From: Reyranella sp.
GTDB lineage: Bacteria > Pseudomonadota > Alphaproteobacteria > Reyranellales > Reyranellaceae
DNA: 64,000 bases
Direction: 5' to 3'
NCBI RefSeq assembly: GCF_044224635.1
Contig: NZ_JBGAKA010000028.1
Span: 38,799-102,798, forward strand
The position numbers and the translations under genes are program-made. Each line of letters begins with the position of its first letter. Position 1 is the first letter of the stretch. Shown here one piece after another: positions 48,037 to 56,820 of this stretch. A model generated the notes under the pieces. That model was not told the DNA's origin, did not search any database, and saw only the letters and a list, made by a program, of their open reading frames with translations.

Positions 48037-48315
48037 TCAATCGATCCCGACCATCCGCGCGATGCGCTGGATGCCCTGCCACATCGGATCGAGAGCTGCG
48101 ACTGTCCGGAACATGTCCTTGCAGTCGGCGAGGATGGCCTTGAGCTTCACACCGTTGGGCTCGTCCTTCTCCGCTTCCCGCCGTGCCTCCTCGAGCAGCG
48201 CCCGCAGCTCACGCAGCTCCTCGCGGTAGTCGCCGTCGATCGCCTTGAGCGATTCGGTCAAAGCCGCCGCCAGGCTCCGCTGAGGGCTGCCGGGTGGTTG
48301 GGTGCCAGTTGTCAT
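48037..48315 (-). CDS. Hypothetical 92-aa protein within the dioxygenase operon
   Basis: MTTGTQPPG...YREELRELRALLEEARREAEKDEPNG...MWQGIQRIARMVGID. Predicted helical, no family recognised, weak RBS. Confidence 0.5.
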   Translation of the reverse strand: MTTGTQPPGSPQRSLAAALTESLKAIDGDYREELRELRALLEEARREAEKDEPNGVKLKAILADCKDMFRTVAALDPMWQGIQRIARMVGID

Positions 48316-48381
48316 GAAAAGCTCTGCCTCTGTGTCACGATCTGCTTGCCATTCGGAATTGCACAGTAGCGCAGTCCTCGG

Positions 48382-49371
48382 TCAGAACTCGACCGGATAG
48401 GGCGGCAATTCGCCGCTTTCGTAGCGTTGCGGCAGTCCGGGCGTCACGTTCTCCCAGACGTAGAGCATGGAGCGCTTGGTCGAGTAGCCCTGATGGCGGA
48501 TGTCGGCCGGCATGGCGGCGACGTCACCCGCCTTCATGGTCACGCGGGCGCGCGGCGCGCCTGTGTTCTTGTCGGCGACGTCCCACACGATCTCGTCGGA
48601 CAGCTGGATGAACCACTCGACGCGATCGTTGCCGTGGAACACCGGCAGGATGTACTCCTCGGTGGTCGGGCAGGCGAGCGAAGCCTTGCACACCGCCGTC
48701 ACCGACGGATTCCAGGTGACGTCGGAGCGGCTGAGATACTTGAACAGGCTGAAGGCGTGCAACTGGCCCTCGAAGCCCGGCTCGGCATGGATCTCCGGCT
48801 CGTCCTGCGCCACATCCGCGAAGGCGCGATTGACCGGCATGTCGTCGCGCAGGGGCGAGTCGCCGGGCAGGCCGGGCATGCGGGTGGTGCCGATGCGCGT
48901 GCGTTCGATCGCGCCGATGTTGTCGCCGTTCTTGTGGCCGAAGGCGCTGCCGGTCTCGACCGGAGCGGCGAACGGGTCGAAGCCTTCGTTGACCCAATCG
49001 CGCAGGATCGCCTTGAAGGTCGCCATGATGTGCTCGGAGTCGAACTGCTCGAGGTAGTCGACGCCGGCTTCCTTCAAGGTGCCGTTGAAGGTACCGGCAT
49101 AGAAATCGACCTTGCCGTAGCGATTGCGCGTGCCGATGACGTGGTCGAAATTGACCCAGCCATAGAAGAAGTTCCACGCCACGTCTCGCATGCAGGCGCG
49201 CAGGAAGGCATCCGCCGGCATCTGGTGCGAGCGTCGTGCACCCTTGGCCGGCCAATGCACGGTGACGAAGTACTCGTCGCGCGACAGCTCGAACCTGCCG
49301 AGCTTGAAGCTGCGATAGCCGTTGCGGTTGCTCGGCTCGGAGGTGACGACCTGGGTGAGCGTGTCGGGCAT
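48382..49371 (-). CDS. Cupin-type ring-cleavage dioxygenase, hydroquinone 1,2-dioxygenase large-subunit-like (PnpD/HapD-like)
   Basis: 329 aa. H246-G-N248-D-R-V-E252 ... H293 matches in spacing the His/Asn/Glu/His iron ligand set I recall for two-subunit hydroquinone dioxygenase PnpCD. The size and the preceding ~163-aa partner also fit. This is recall only, with no alignment. Confidence 0.6.
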   Translation of the reverse strand: MPDTLTQVVTSEPSNRNGYRSFKLGRFELSRDEYFVTVHWPAKGARRSHQMPADAFLRACMRDVAWNFFYGWVNFDHVIGTRNRYGKVDFYAGTFNGTLKEAGVDYLEQFDSEHIMATFKAILRDWVNEGFDPFAAPVETGSAFGHKNGDNIGAIERTRIGTTRMPGLPGDSPLRDDMPVNRAFADVAQDEPEIHAEPGFEGQLHAFSLFKYLSRSDVTWNPSVTAVCKASLACPTTEEYILPVFHGNDRVEWFIQLSDEIVWDVADKNTGAPRARVTMKAGDVAAMPADIRHQGYSTKRSMLYVWENVTPGLPQRYESGELPPYPVEF

Positions 49372-49386
49372 TTGCGAATTTTTCCG

Positions 49387-49878
49387 TCAGGCGTAACAGA
49401 TCTCGCGCCACTTCTGGACACTGAGATCGCCCAGCACGGTCTGCTGCAGCAGCACGCCGAGCCGCGTCGCGGTGAAGCGATAGGCATTGCCGGCGCCGAG
49501 CAGCACCTGGTGGCCACGCCGGAGCTTGACGTAGCCCATTGGTGCGCCCTCGGGTAGCTCGCCAGCCAGCACCGCGCCATTCTTGCCGGCATCCGGCGGA
49601 GACGTGAGCTTGATGAGGTCGACCGTGATCTCGCCGTCCATGCACAGCGCGAACTCGTCGTGGCCGCAGGCGAACCAGGGCGACGCGCCCTCGGCCCGCA
49701 TCACTTCCTGAACGTATTCGAGGTTCTTGCCGACCACGACGCGTTCGTAGGGCTTCGACCTGGCGGCGACCTCGAAGATGTTCGAGAACACGTAGTGCCG
49801 CGCCTCGCCGGATACCAGCTCGATGGTTCCCTTGGTGTAGTCGGTAATCGAGCCGAACACGGTATGGACCTGGCTCAT
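49387..49878 (-). CDS. Putative small subunit of the two-component dioxygenase (PnpC/HapC-like)
   Basis: 163 aa from the ATG at 49878 (GGGAGGGG upstream), lying 15 nt upstream of the large subunit. The remainder of track ORF 49387..51300 was rejected as an artefact. Confidence 0.5.
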   Translation of the reverse strand: MSQVHTVFGSITDYTKGTIELVSGEARHYVFSNIFEVAARSKPYERVVVGKNLEYVQEVMRAEGASPWFACGHDEFALCMDGEITVDLIKLTSPPDAGKNGAVLAGELPEGAPMGYVKLRRGHQVLLGAGNAYRFTATRLGVLLQQTVLGDLSVQKWREICYA

Positions 49879-49913
49879 GGCTGTCCCCTCCCTGTTTCGC
49901 GAAGGGTGGAATA

Positions 49914-49929
49914 GTCTCGCGCGCAAGAC
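49914..49929. promoter_or_regulatory. Candidate LysR operator (GTCT-N8-AGAC dyad) in the divergent intergenic region
   Basis: GTCTCGCGCGCAAGAC lies between the dioxygenase operon (start 49878) and the lysR gene (start 49951). Confidence 0.3.
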
Positions 49930-49950
49930 AAGGGATACCCGGAGTCTTCC

Positions 49951-50934
49951 ATGCCGCTTCGTCTTCCGCCTCTGCCCGCCCTGCGCCTGTTCGAGGCGGC
50001 GGGCCGGCTGCGCAGCTTCAAGCTGGCCGCGGCGGAGCTCAATATAACGCCGAGTGCGGTGAGCCACGGCATTGTCGGCCTCGAGCAGGCGCTCGGCGTC
50101 AGCCTGTTCGAGCGCAAGCCGCGCGGCCTGTCCTTGACGCGCCTCGGTGCCGACTACCTGACCTATGTCAGCGAGGCGTTGTCCCTGATCGCCGTCGGCA
50201 CGCAGCGCCTGCCCGATCGCTCCGCGCCGCGCTCGATCGCCGTCAGCTGTGCCCCGACGCTTGCCCAGCGCTGGCTGCTGCCGCGCCTCGCGGGTTTTCG
50301 CGAGCGCTGGCCGAAGACCTCCATCGTGGTCGATACCTCGCGCCGCCATGTCGGCTTCCCGGTCGACGGTTTCGACTTCGCCGTCCGCATGAGCCGGGCG
50401 CCGGTGGGTGGGCTTGCCTGGGTAAAGCTGATCCACGGTGCCCTGATGCCGGTCTGCAGTCCCGACTATCGCGCCGGCCTCATGGACCGCCAGGGCAAGG
50501 TCGATCTCCGGCGCGCGACGCTGATCCATGTCACGACGGTGAGCGAAGGCTGGCGGTCGTGGCTGAAGGCGGAAGGCCATGCCGAAATCGACGTAGACGG
50601 CGGCCTGCGTGTCGACACGTTCGAGCTCGCCTTCGAGGCGGCGACCCTGGGGCTTGGCGTCGTGCTGGCCATGCGCCCGCTGGTCGATCGCGATCTCGAG
50701 GCCGGCCGCCTGGTCGCGCTGGGTGGCGGGACGCGGCCGTCGCCAACGGCCTACTGGCTGGTGAGCGCACCCGGAACCGAGCGGCGGGCCGACCTGCGCG
50801 GCTTCAAGCGATGGCTGGTCGGAGAGGCGCAGGCCACGGGACGAGGTTCCTTCCTCCTCCCCAGCTCTGCTGGGGAGGTGTCGCGTCATATGCGACGGAG
50901 GGGTCATGAGCCTCATGACCCCTCCGCCCCGTAA
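49951..50934 (+). CDS. LysR-family transcriptional regulator (GcvA-like)
   Basis: HTH block LRLFEAAGRLRSFKLAAAELNITPSAVSHGIVGLEQALGVSLFER. The last ~28 codons read through a REP-A element. Confidence 0.9.
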   Translation: MPLRLPPLPALRLFEAAGRLRSFKLAAAELNITPSAVSHGIVGLEQALGVSLFERKPRGLSLTRLGADYLTYVSEALSLIAVGTQRLPDRSAPRSIAVSCAPTLAQRWLLPRLAGFRERWPKTSIVVDTSRRHVGFPVDGFDFAVRMSRAPVGGLAWVKLIHGALMPVCSPDYRAGLMDRQGKVDLRRATLIHVTTVSEGWRSWLKAEGHAEIDVDGGLRVDTFELAFEAATLGLGVVLAMRPLVDRDLEAGRLVALGGGTRPSPTAYWLVSAPGTERRADLRGFKRWLVGEAQATGRGSFLLPSSAGEVSRHMRRRGHEPHDPSAP

Positions 50935-50965
50935 GACGGGGCACCTCCCCAGCGAGCTGGGGAGG
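50856..50965. repeat. REP-A composite element (short form, lacks the GGCCAAAAG module)
   Basis: CCTCCCCAGCTCTGCTGGGGAGG; GTCGCGTCATATGCGAC; AGGGGTCATGAGCCTCATGACCCCT; GCCCCGTAAGACGGGGC; CCTCCCCAGCGAGCTGGGGAGG. Confidence 0.85.
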
Positions 50966-51064
50966 AGGAAGAACAGGTGAGCGTTGCTCACCCGTCGTTG
51001 CGTTCTTCTCCTTTGTCGGCGTCGTTGCGCCTTCGCATTGTCCGCTTCCCTTGGAGTTGGACAG

Positions 51065-52294
51065 ATGCAGCGTACGGGTCGCGGGGTGTTGATCGTGGTC
51101 GTGGCGGCGGCCTTGATGCTGAGCGTTGCCATGGGCACGCGGCAGACGTTCGGATTGTTCCTCGCTCCGCTGGCCCAGGAGCGCGGCCTTGCGATCACGA
51201 CCATCGCGCTGGCGATCGCGCTGCATAATCTGGTGTGGGGCCTCACCCAGCCGCTCGCCGGCGCGGCGGCCGACCGTTTCGGCTCGATCCCCGTCGTCAT
51301 CGTCGGTGCGGTCGCTTACGCGGCAGGGTTGGCGCTGACGGCGATCACCGACTCGGGCGTGCTGCTCGTGCTCGGCCTGGGACCGCTGGTCGGAATCGGC
51401 ATGAGCTGCACGACCTTCGGCGTCGTGCTGACGGCGGTGGGCCGCGCCGCGACCGCCGAGAACCGCAGCCTGGCGATGGGACTGTCGGGTGCCGGCGGTT
51501 CGCTGGGGCAAGTCCTGCTGGTGCCGCTCTCCCTGATCGGGCTGGAGGATTGGGGGATCGCACCATCGCTCGTCGGGCTCGCAGTGCTGTTGCTGGTGGT
51601 GGCTCCCGTTGCGCTGCTGCTCGAGCGGCGGCAGCAACCGACTACTCTGCACGCCGACAGCCCTGCGGGGGCGCCGCGCCTCGGCGAGGCGCTGACCGAG
51701 GCCATGCAGCATCCGGGCTACCGGCTGCTGACCCTGGGATTCTTCACCTGCGGCTTCCAGCTCGCCTTCATCGGGACGTATCTGCCCGACTATCTCACGC
51801 TGTGCCACATGCCGCTGGGGCTCAGCGCGACGGCGCTGTCGCTGATCGGCTTGTTCAATATCGCGGGAAGCTGGACCTGCGGTTGGCTGGGCGGCCGCTT
51901 CCGCCAGCAACAGGTATTGGGCTGGCTTTACCTCGTGCGCGGCGTCACCATTGCGGTCTTCTTCCTGCTGCCCAAGAGCACGGTATCGGTGGTGATCTTC
52001 GCCGCCGTGATGGGCCTCACCTGGCTGGGCACGGTGCCGCTCACCAGCGGCTGGCTGGCCAAGGTCTTCGGAACGTCCCATCTCGGCACGCTGTTCGGCG
52101 TGTGCTTCTTCAGTCACCAGATCGGTTCGTTCCTCGGCGCCTGGCTGGGTGGCGTCGTGTTCGAGCTGACAGGCTCCTACGCGATCGTCTGGATCCTGAC
52201 CGCCGCTGCCGGCGTGATGGCCGCGCTGCTCAACTTCCCGATCAAGGATGTCGTGCCACGGCCAGTGGCGAGGCTTGCGCCGATATCACGCTGA
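51065..52294 (+). CDS. MFS transporter (12-TM, MFS_1 type)
   Basis: ATG at 51065 with GGAG 8 nt upstream. Reads MQRTGRGVLIVVVAAALMLSVAMGTRQTFGLF...AADRFGS... and is multi-TM throughout. Confidence 0.85.
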   Translation: MQRTGRGVLIVVVAAALMLSVAMGTRQTFGLFLAPLAQERGLAITTIALAIALHNLVWGLTQPLAGAAADRFGSIPVVIVGAVAYAAGLALTAITDSGVLLVLGLGPLVGIGMSCTTFGVVLTAVGRAATAENRSLAMGLSGAGGSLGQVLLVPLSLIGLEDWGIAPSLVGLAVLLLVVAPVALLLERRQQPTTLHADSPAGAPRLGEALTEAMQHPGYRLLTLGFFTCGFQLAFIGTYLPDYLTLCHMPLGLSATALSLIGLFNIAGSWTCGWLGGRFRQQQVLGWLYLVRGVTIAVFFLLPKSTVSVVIFAAVMGLTWLGTVPLTSGWLAKVFGTSHLGTLFGVCFFSHQIGSFLGAWLGGVVFELTGSYAIVWILTAAAGVMAALLNFPIKDVVPRPVARLAPISR

Positions 52295-52310
52295 CAAGAG
52301 CTTCATTGCC

Positions 52311-52383
52311 GGGGGCGCGCCACTCCAGTGGCGCGATCTTCGTCCCTCGTACAGATGACGCGCCACTGGAGTGGCACGCCCCC
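52311..52383. repeat. REP-B element (pair of CGCGCCACT-CC-AGTGGCGCG hairpins in a larger palindrome)
   Basis: GGGGGCGCGCCACTCCAGTGGCGCG-N23-CGCGCCACTGGAGTGGCACGCCCCC. Confidence 0.85.
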
Positions 52384-52395
52384 AGCAACAAGAGC

Positions 52396-53466
52396 TCACT
52401 CGGTGACGAACAGAATCCGCAAATCGTGCTTGGGCACGTAGTCCTGCTCACTCGCCTCGAACTTCAGAGGGCCCGTCCGGCGGAGGGCGAGGTCGGAACA
52501 GAAAACGACCACCTCCGTCTTCGCGTTGGTGTCGCCTGCCAGCCCGGCTGGCCCGCCTTCGACGGTGAGATGAAATGTGCCGATGGGGCCGCGCCAGTTG
52601 CGGGCGGTCAGCAGGATGTAGCCCAGCGTATAACCCTGCAGGTAGGAATCCTGGACACCGCTCTTCTGGCGCCGCTCGGCGGTGACACGCTGCGACATCG
52701 CGCGAAGTGCCTGATCGGTGGTGCCGGAGATGCAGAAGTCGCGCTGCGGGTCACCGTCGCCCGAGCCGGTGATCTTGCCGTTGGCCTCCGGGACGATGAA
52801 GCGAAAACCCAGGATTGGCCGGTAGCTGTGCTCGATCACCGTCACGCCCGGCGCGAAGGTCTGCATCCAGTGGAAGGTGACACGGGCTGTCCAGGGCAGG
52901 CGATAACCCTTGCCGTCGAGCGGCTCGACGGCGCCCAGCGTTTCGAGCGCGGCCCGCGTGGCGGGCTCGAGCTCGGGATCGTCAGGCGGAAAGAACAGGC
53001 CGGTGCGAAGGACCAGCTTCATGCTGCCGATCTTCATCAGTTCGGCCGTGATGTTGCGTCCGCCCGGCAGCTCGGCGCGCACGTCGGTTTCGGGCATCAC
53101 GTCGTGCCCATCCACGCGCAAGCGGAAGTGCAGGAAGTTGGGATCGGTCGGCTGATCCATGACGATGTTGTGGCCACCGGTGCTGGTGACCCGTCCGCCC
53201 GGCGTCTGGCTCGGCAGCTCGGGCAGCGGAAAGGCGACGCGCAGGGTCACCGGCTGGCCGGTGTCGTTGCGCATCTCGTAGCGCACGCGCACCTCGGCAG
53301 GCGAGAGGTGCAGGTCCTCGCGCTGCATGGTGATGGCGTCGGTCTTCACCAGCACGATGCCGCCGGCCGCCAGCTCCGATGCCGAATCGTTGGAGAAGGC
53401 GGCGGCGCCGCTGCATAGCATCGCCAGGCCGGCGAGCCAGGCAACCCAGCTCGCGTCGCCTGTCAA
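52396..53466 (-). CDS. DUF4424-like secreted protein
   Basis: Signal peptide WVAWLAGLAMLCSGAAAFS, then NDSASELAAGGIVLVKTDAITMQREDLHLSPAEVRVRYEMRN, which resembles my recollection of the DUF4424 N-terminal block. The TTG start at 53466 is in frame and overlaps the upstream stop (TTGA), with GGAG 8 nt upstream. Confidence 0.7.
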   Translation of the reverse strand: MTGDASWVAWLAGLAMLCSGAAAFSNDSASELAAGGIVLVKTDAITMQREDLHLSPAEVRVRYEMRNDTGQPVTLRVAFPLPELPSQTPGGRVTSTGGHNIVMDQPTDPNFLHFRLRVDGHDVMPETDVRAELPGGRNITAELMKIGSMKLVLRTGLFFPPDDPELEPATRAALETLGAVEPLDGKGYRLPWTARVTFHWMQTFAPGVTVIEHSYRPILGFRFIVPEANGKITGSGDGDPQRDFCISGTTDQALRAMSQRVTAERRQKSGVQDSYLQGYTLGYILLTARNWRGPIGTFHLTVEGGPAGLAGDTNAKTEVVVFCSDLALRRTGPLKFEASEQDYVPKHDLRILFVTE

Positions 53467-54617
53467 CGCAGCGTCTCCAGCATGCGCACCAGCAGCTGGG
53501 CGCGCGGCACCAGCGAGGCGAAGCTGATTTGCTCGTCGAGCGCGTGGGCGCCGCGGCCGTCGGCGCCCAGCCCGTCGAGAGTCGGGATGCCGAGCGCCGC
53601 CGGGAAATTGCCGTCGCTGACGCCGCCGGTCAGCGGCGTATCCTCGAGCACGAAGCCGATCTCGGCAGCGCAACTCTTGGCATGCTCGAACAGGGCGGTG
53701 ATGCCTTCGTTCTTGGCGTAGGCCGGCCGGTTGATGCCGCCGGTGACCTCGATGCGGCAATCCGGGTCGAAGGCGGGACGGTTCAGGACGCGTTGAACCA
53801 CCGCATCGGCGTCGATGCCGGGCGGCACGCGCAGGTCGATGGTCGCCGTCGCCAGCGCCGGCACGACATTGGGCGCGCTGCCGCCCTGCGCCATGCCGAC
53901 GACGACCGAGATGCCGACCGCCGGATCGGAGATCGCCTCGAGATCGAGGATCTGGCGGGCGAGTTCGCGCAGTGCGCTGCGGCCGTCCTGCGGCCGCGAG
54001 CCGGCGTGCGAGGCGCGTCCGGTAATGGTCATGTCGAAGCGGCCCCAGCCCTTGCGCGCCGTCACGCACTTGCCGCCGTCGCGCGCCGGCTCCATCACCA
54101 GCACGTACTTGGATTTGCGCGCTGCGGCCTCGATGGCGGCGCGGCTGGTCGGGCTGCCGACCTCTTCCTCTGGCACGTAGAGAACGCGGACGGGCAGGGT
54201 GGTGCGGCGACCCTCGCGCACGAAATGCTGCAGCGCATAGCAGGCGAGATAGGAGCCTGCCTTCATGTCGTAGATGCCCGGCCCGTAGACCGTGTCGCCC
54301 TCGCGCCGGAAGACGTGGGTGGTTGCCAGCGCGCCGATCGGATGCACCGTGTCGAGATGGCCCATGATCAGGATGCCGGGCTCGTTCTCGTCGCCCCACG
54401 GCGCGCGCGCCTCGAGGATGTCGCCGAAGCCATCGCGTCCCGGCGTGCGCTGCGTATGGGCGCCGATGCGGGTCAGGTCGCTCTGCACGGCATCGACCAG
54501 CTTGTTGACCGCGACGCCGTCATGGCTCGGCGTCTCGATCTCGACCCAGCGGCGGATGCCGGCGAGGATCTCCTCGCCGTCGAAGGTCGGAATGTTGGAG
54601 CGGGCTGAGTCGGTCAC
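53463..54617 (-). CDS. M20-family metallopeptidase (glutamate carboxypeptidase/CPG2-like)
   Basis: 384 aa with ILIMGHLDTVHP, GPGIYDMKAG, VPEEEVGSP, GRASHAG. Confidence 0.9.
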   Translation of the reverse strand: MTDSARSNIPTFDGEEILAGIRRWVEIETPSHDGVAVNKLVDAVQSDLTRIGAHTQRTPGRDGFGDILEARAPWGDENEPGILIMGHLDTVHPIGALATTHVFRREGDTVYGPGIYDMKAGSYLACYALQHFVREGRRTTLPVRVLYVPEEEVGSPTSRAAIEAAARKSKYVLVMEPARDGGKCVTARKGWGRFDMTITGRASHAGSRPQDGRSALRELARQILDLEAISDPAVGISVVVGMAQGGSAPNVVPALATATIDLRVPPGIDADAVVQRVLNRPAFDPDCRIEVTGGINRPAYAKNEGITALFEHAKSCAAEIGFVLEDTPLTGGVSDGNFPAALGIPTLDGLGADGRGAHALDEQISFASLVPRAQLLVRMLETLR

Positions 54618-54654
54618 GGGCGGTCACCTTGGATGAAGTCGATCAGGAATTGCT

Positions 54655-54720
54655 GGGGGCGCGCCACTCCAGTGGCGCGTCTTTTTGTGGAAGACCGCGC
54701 CACTGGAGTGGCGCGCACCC
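54655..54720. repeat. REP-B element, second copy
   Basis: GGGGGCGCGCCACTCCAGTGGCGCG-N16-CGCGCCACTGGAGTGGCGCGCACCC. Confidence 0.85.
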
Positions 54721-54744
54721 AGCATGGTGTCGTTGTCCAAATGC

Positions 54745-56820
54745 CTAATCCTCCCGCACGATCAGGCTGCCGGTCGGATGCACCTCGGCGGTTTGGCGCG
54801 GCAGCAGCAGCGTGGTGGCGTCGAGCTGGGTGATGATCGCGGGACCGGCGATGCGGGCGCCGGCGCCGAGGCGCGCGCGTGCGTAGACCGGCGCCTCGAC
54901 GATGCCGCTTTCCAGGTTGATCGACTGGCGCGCGACGATCGCCTCGCGCGGGTCGCCGCCAGGCGCCAGCTCGCTCAGCTGCGGCTGCGGCAGCGCGCCG
55001 CTCGCCGAGACGCGCAAGGTCACGATCTCGACCGGCGTGTCCTCCTGGGCGAAGGTGTAGAGCGTGCGATGCAGCTCGTGGAAGCGGCGCAGCACCTCGG
55101 CTACCGCCGCCTCGCTGACCTCGGTCCCCGGCCAGTCGACCGTCAGCTCGAAGCCCTGATGCTCGTAGCGCAGGCTGGCGCTCCACACCGTCTTGCGGGC
55201 TGCCGGCGGCACGCTCTCGGTCTCGAACCAGCGCTCCGCTTCGGCCTGCAGGCCGGTGAAGGTCGCCGCCATCTGGGCCACGTCGAAATGGCCGTGCTGC
55301 TGCAGGCAGGTGCGGGCGAAATCGGCCTTGAGATCGGACACCAGCAGCCCCAGCGCCGACAGCACGCCGGGCGACGGCGCGATCAGCTGGGTGCGGATGT
55401 CGAGCAGGCGCGCCAGCGCGCCGCCATGCAGCGGTCCGGCGCCGCCGAACGGCACCAGCACGAAGTCGCGCGGATCGCGCCCGCGTTCGACCGAGACGAC
55501 GCGGATCGCGCCGACCATGTGGCTGTCGGCAATCGCCAGGATGCCGCGCGCGGCGGCCATCAGATCGAGGCCTAGCGGCTCGGCCACCTTGGTGGCCACC
55601 GCCCGCTCGGCCGCCTCTATGTCGAGCCGGAATGTGCCGTCGAGCAGCCATGGCGGCAGATGCCTGAGCACGAGATGGGCGTCGGTCACGGTGGGCTCGC
55701 TGCCGCCGCGGCCGTAGCAGCACGGGCCGGGATTGGCACCGGCGCTCTGCGGGCCGACCGTCAGCGCGCCCGAGCGGCCGACGCGGGCGATCGAGCCGCC
55801 GCCGGCGCCGATGGTGACGATGTCGACCATGGGCAGCGGCAGCGGCCATTCGCCGACGCGGCCGTTGACGGTGACGCTGGGCTTGCCGTCCTTGATCAGG
55901 CTGATGTCGGCCGAGGTGCCGCCGATGTCGACGCCGATCAGGTCGCCGTAGCCGGCAGCGGCGCCGACGAAGGCCATGCCGACCGCGCCGGCGGCGGGAC
56001 CGGACAGCGCCGTTTCGACTGGCGCACGGCGCACCGTCGAGGTGCCGGCGACGCCACCGCTCGATTTCATCAGCAGCAGGGGCGCTGCGACCTCGGCCTC
56101 GCGCAGGCGGTCTTCGAGCCGGCCGACATAGGCCGAGATCACCGGCATGACGTAGACGTTGAGGATCGTCGCCATGCTGCGCTCGTACTCGCGGAACACC
56201 GCCAGCACCTCGCTCGAGATCGAGACCAAAGCGTCGGGATGTTCTTCGCGGATCAGCGCGGCGGTGCGCTGCTCGTGCGCGGCGTTGGCGTAGCTGTGCA
56301 GGAAGCAGACGGCGATCGCCTGCACGCCCGCTGCGCGCAGGGTGCGGGCGGCGGCGCGCACCGCCGCCTCGTCGAGCGGCTCGATCTCGCTGCCGTCAGG
56401 TCCCAGCCGTCCGGCCACCTCGAAGATGCGGTCGGGCGTCACCGGCCGGCGCGGCTTCACCCAGGCGAACATGTTGGCGCGCCGCGGGATGTCCTGGCGG
56501 CCGATCTCCAGCACATGGCGAAAGCCCAGGGTGGTGATCAGGCCGGCGGCCGCGCCCTTGCCCTCCAGGATCATGTTGGTGGCGACGGTGGTGCCATGCA
56601 GCACCCGGCCGACGTCGCCGGGCTGCGCGGCGGCGGCGGCAAGGCCATCGCGCACGCCGTTGATGAAGCCCAGCGACGGATCGGCGGGCGTGGTCGAGGT
56701 CTTGGCCGTCCATAGCCGGCCGGTCTTGATGTCGAGCACCGTGACGTCGGTGAAAGTGCCGCCGGTGTCGATGCCGAGAATCGTATGCGGGCGGGCAGAG
56801 CCGAGATCGCCTGCGTTCAT
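54745..56820 (-). CDS. hyuA: Hydantoinase/oxoprolinase family protein, A-type subunit
   Basis: ILGIDTGGTFTDVTVLD N-terminus and GVDIGGTSADISL, about 690 aa. The ATG at 56820 overlaps the hyuB stop (ATGA). Confidence 0.9.
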   Translation of the reverse strand: MNAGDLGSARPHTILGIDTGGTFTDVTVLDIKTGRLWTAKTSTTPADPSLGFINGVRDGLAAAAAQPGDVGRVLHGTTVATNMILEGKGAAAGLITTLGFRHVLEIGRQDIPRRANMFAWVKPRRPVTPDRIFEVAGRLGPDGSEIEPLDEAAVRAAARTLRAAGVQAIAVCFLHSYANAAHEQRTAALIREEHPDALVSISSEVLAVFREYERSMATILNVYVMPVISAYVGRLEDRLREAEVAAPLLLMKSSGGVAGTSTVRRAPVETALSGPAAGAVGMAFVGAAAGYGDLIGVDIGGTSADISLIKDGKPSVTVNGRVGEWPLPLPMVDIVTIGAGGGSIARVGRSGALTVGPQSAGANPGPCCYGRGGSEPTVTDAHLVLRHLPPWLLDGTFRLDIEAAERAVATKVAEPLGLDLMAAARGILAIADSHMVGAIRVVSVERGRDPRDFVLVPFGGAGPLHGGALARLLDIRTQLIAPSPGVLSALGLLVSDLKADFARTCLQQHGHFDVAQMAATFTGLQAEAERWFETESVPPAARKTVWSASLRYEHQGFELTVDWPGTEVSEAAVAEVLRRFHELHRTLYTFAQEDTPVEIVTLRVSASGALPQPQLSELAPGGDPREAIVARQSINLESGIVEAPVYARARLGAGARIAGPAIITQLDATTLLLPRQTAEVHPTGSLIVRED

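Noticed and set aside
49387-51300. 637-aa minus-strand ORF
   Set aside because: Only the last 163 codons (the dioxygenase small subunit, with its own SD) are credible. The upstream part is antisense to the LysR and MFS genes and crosses a REP element.
52396-54399. 667-aa minus-strand ORF
   Set aside because: It is a chimera. The C-terminal 356 codons are the DUF4424-like gene, and the N-terminal part is an off-frame reading of the M20 peptidase gene.
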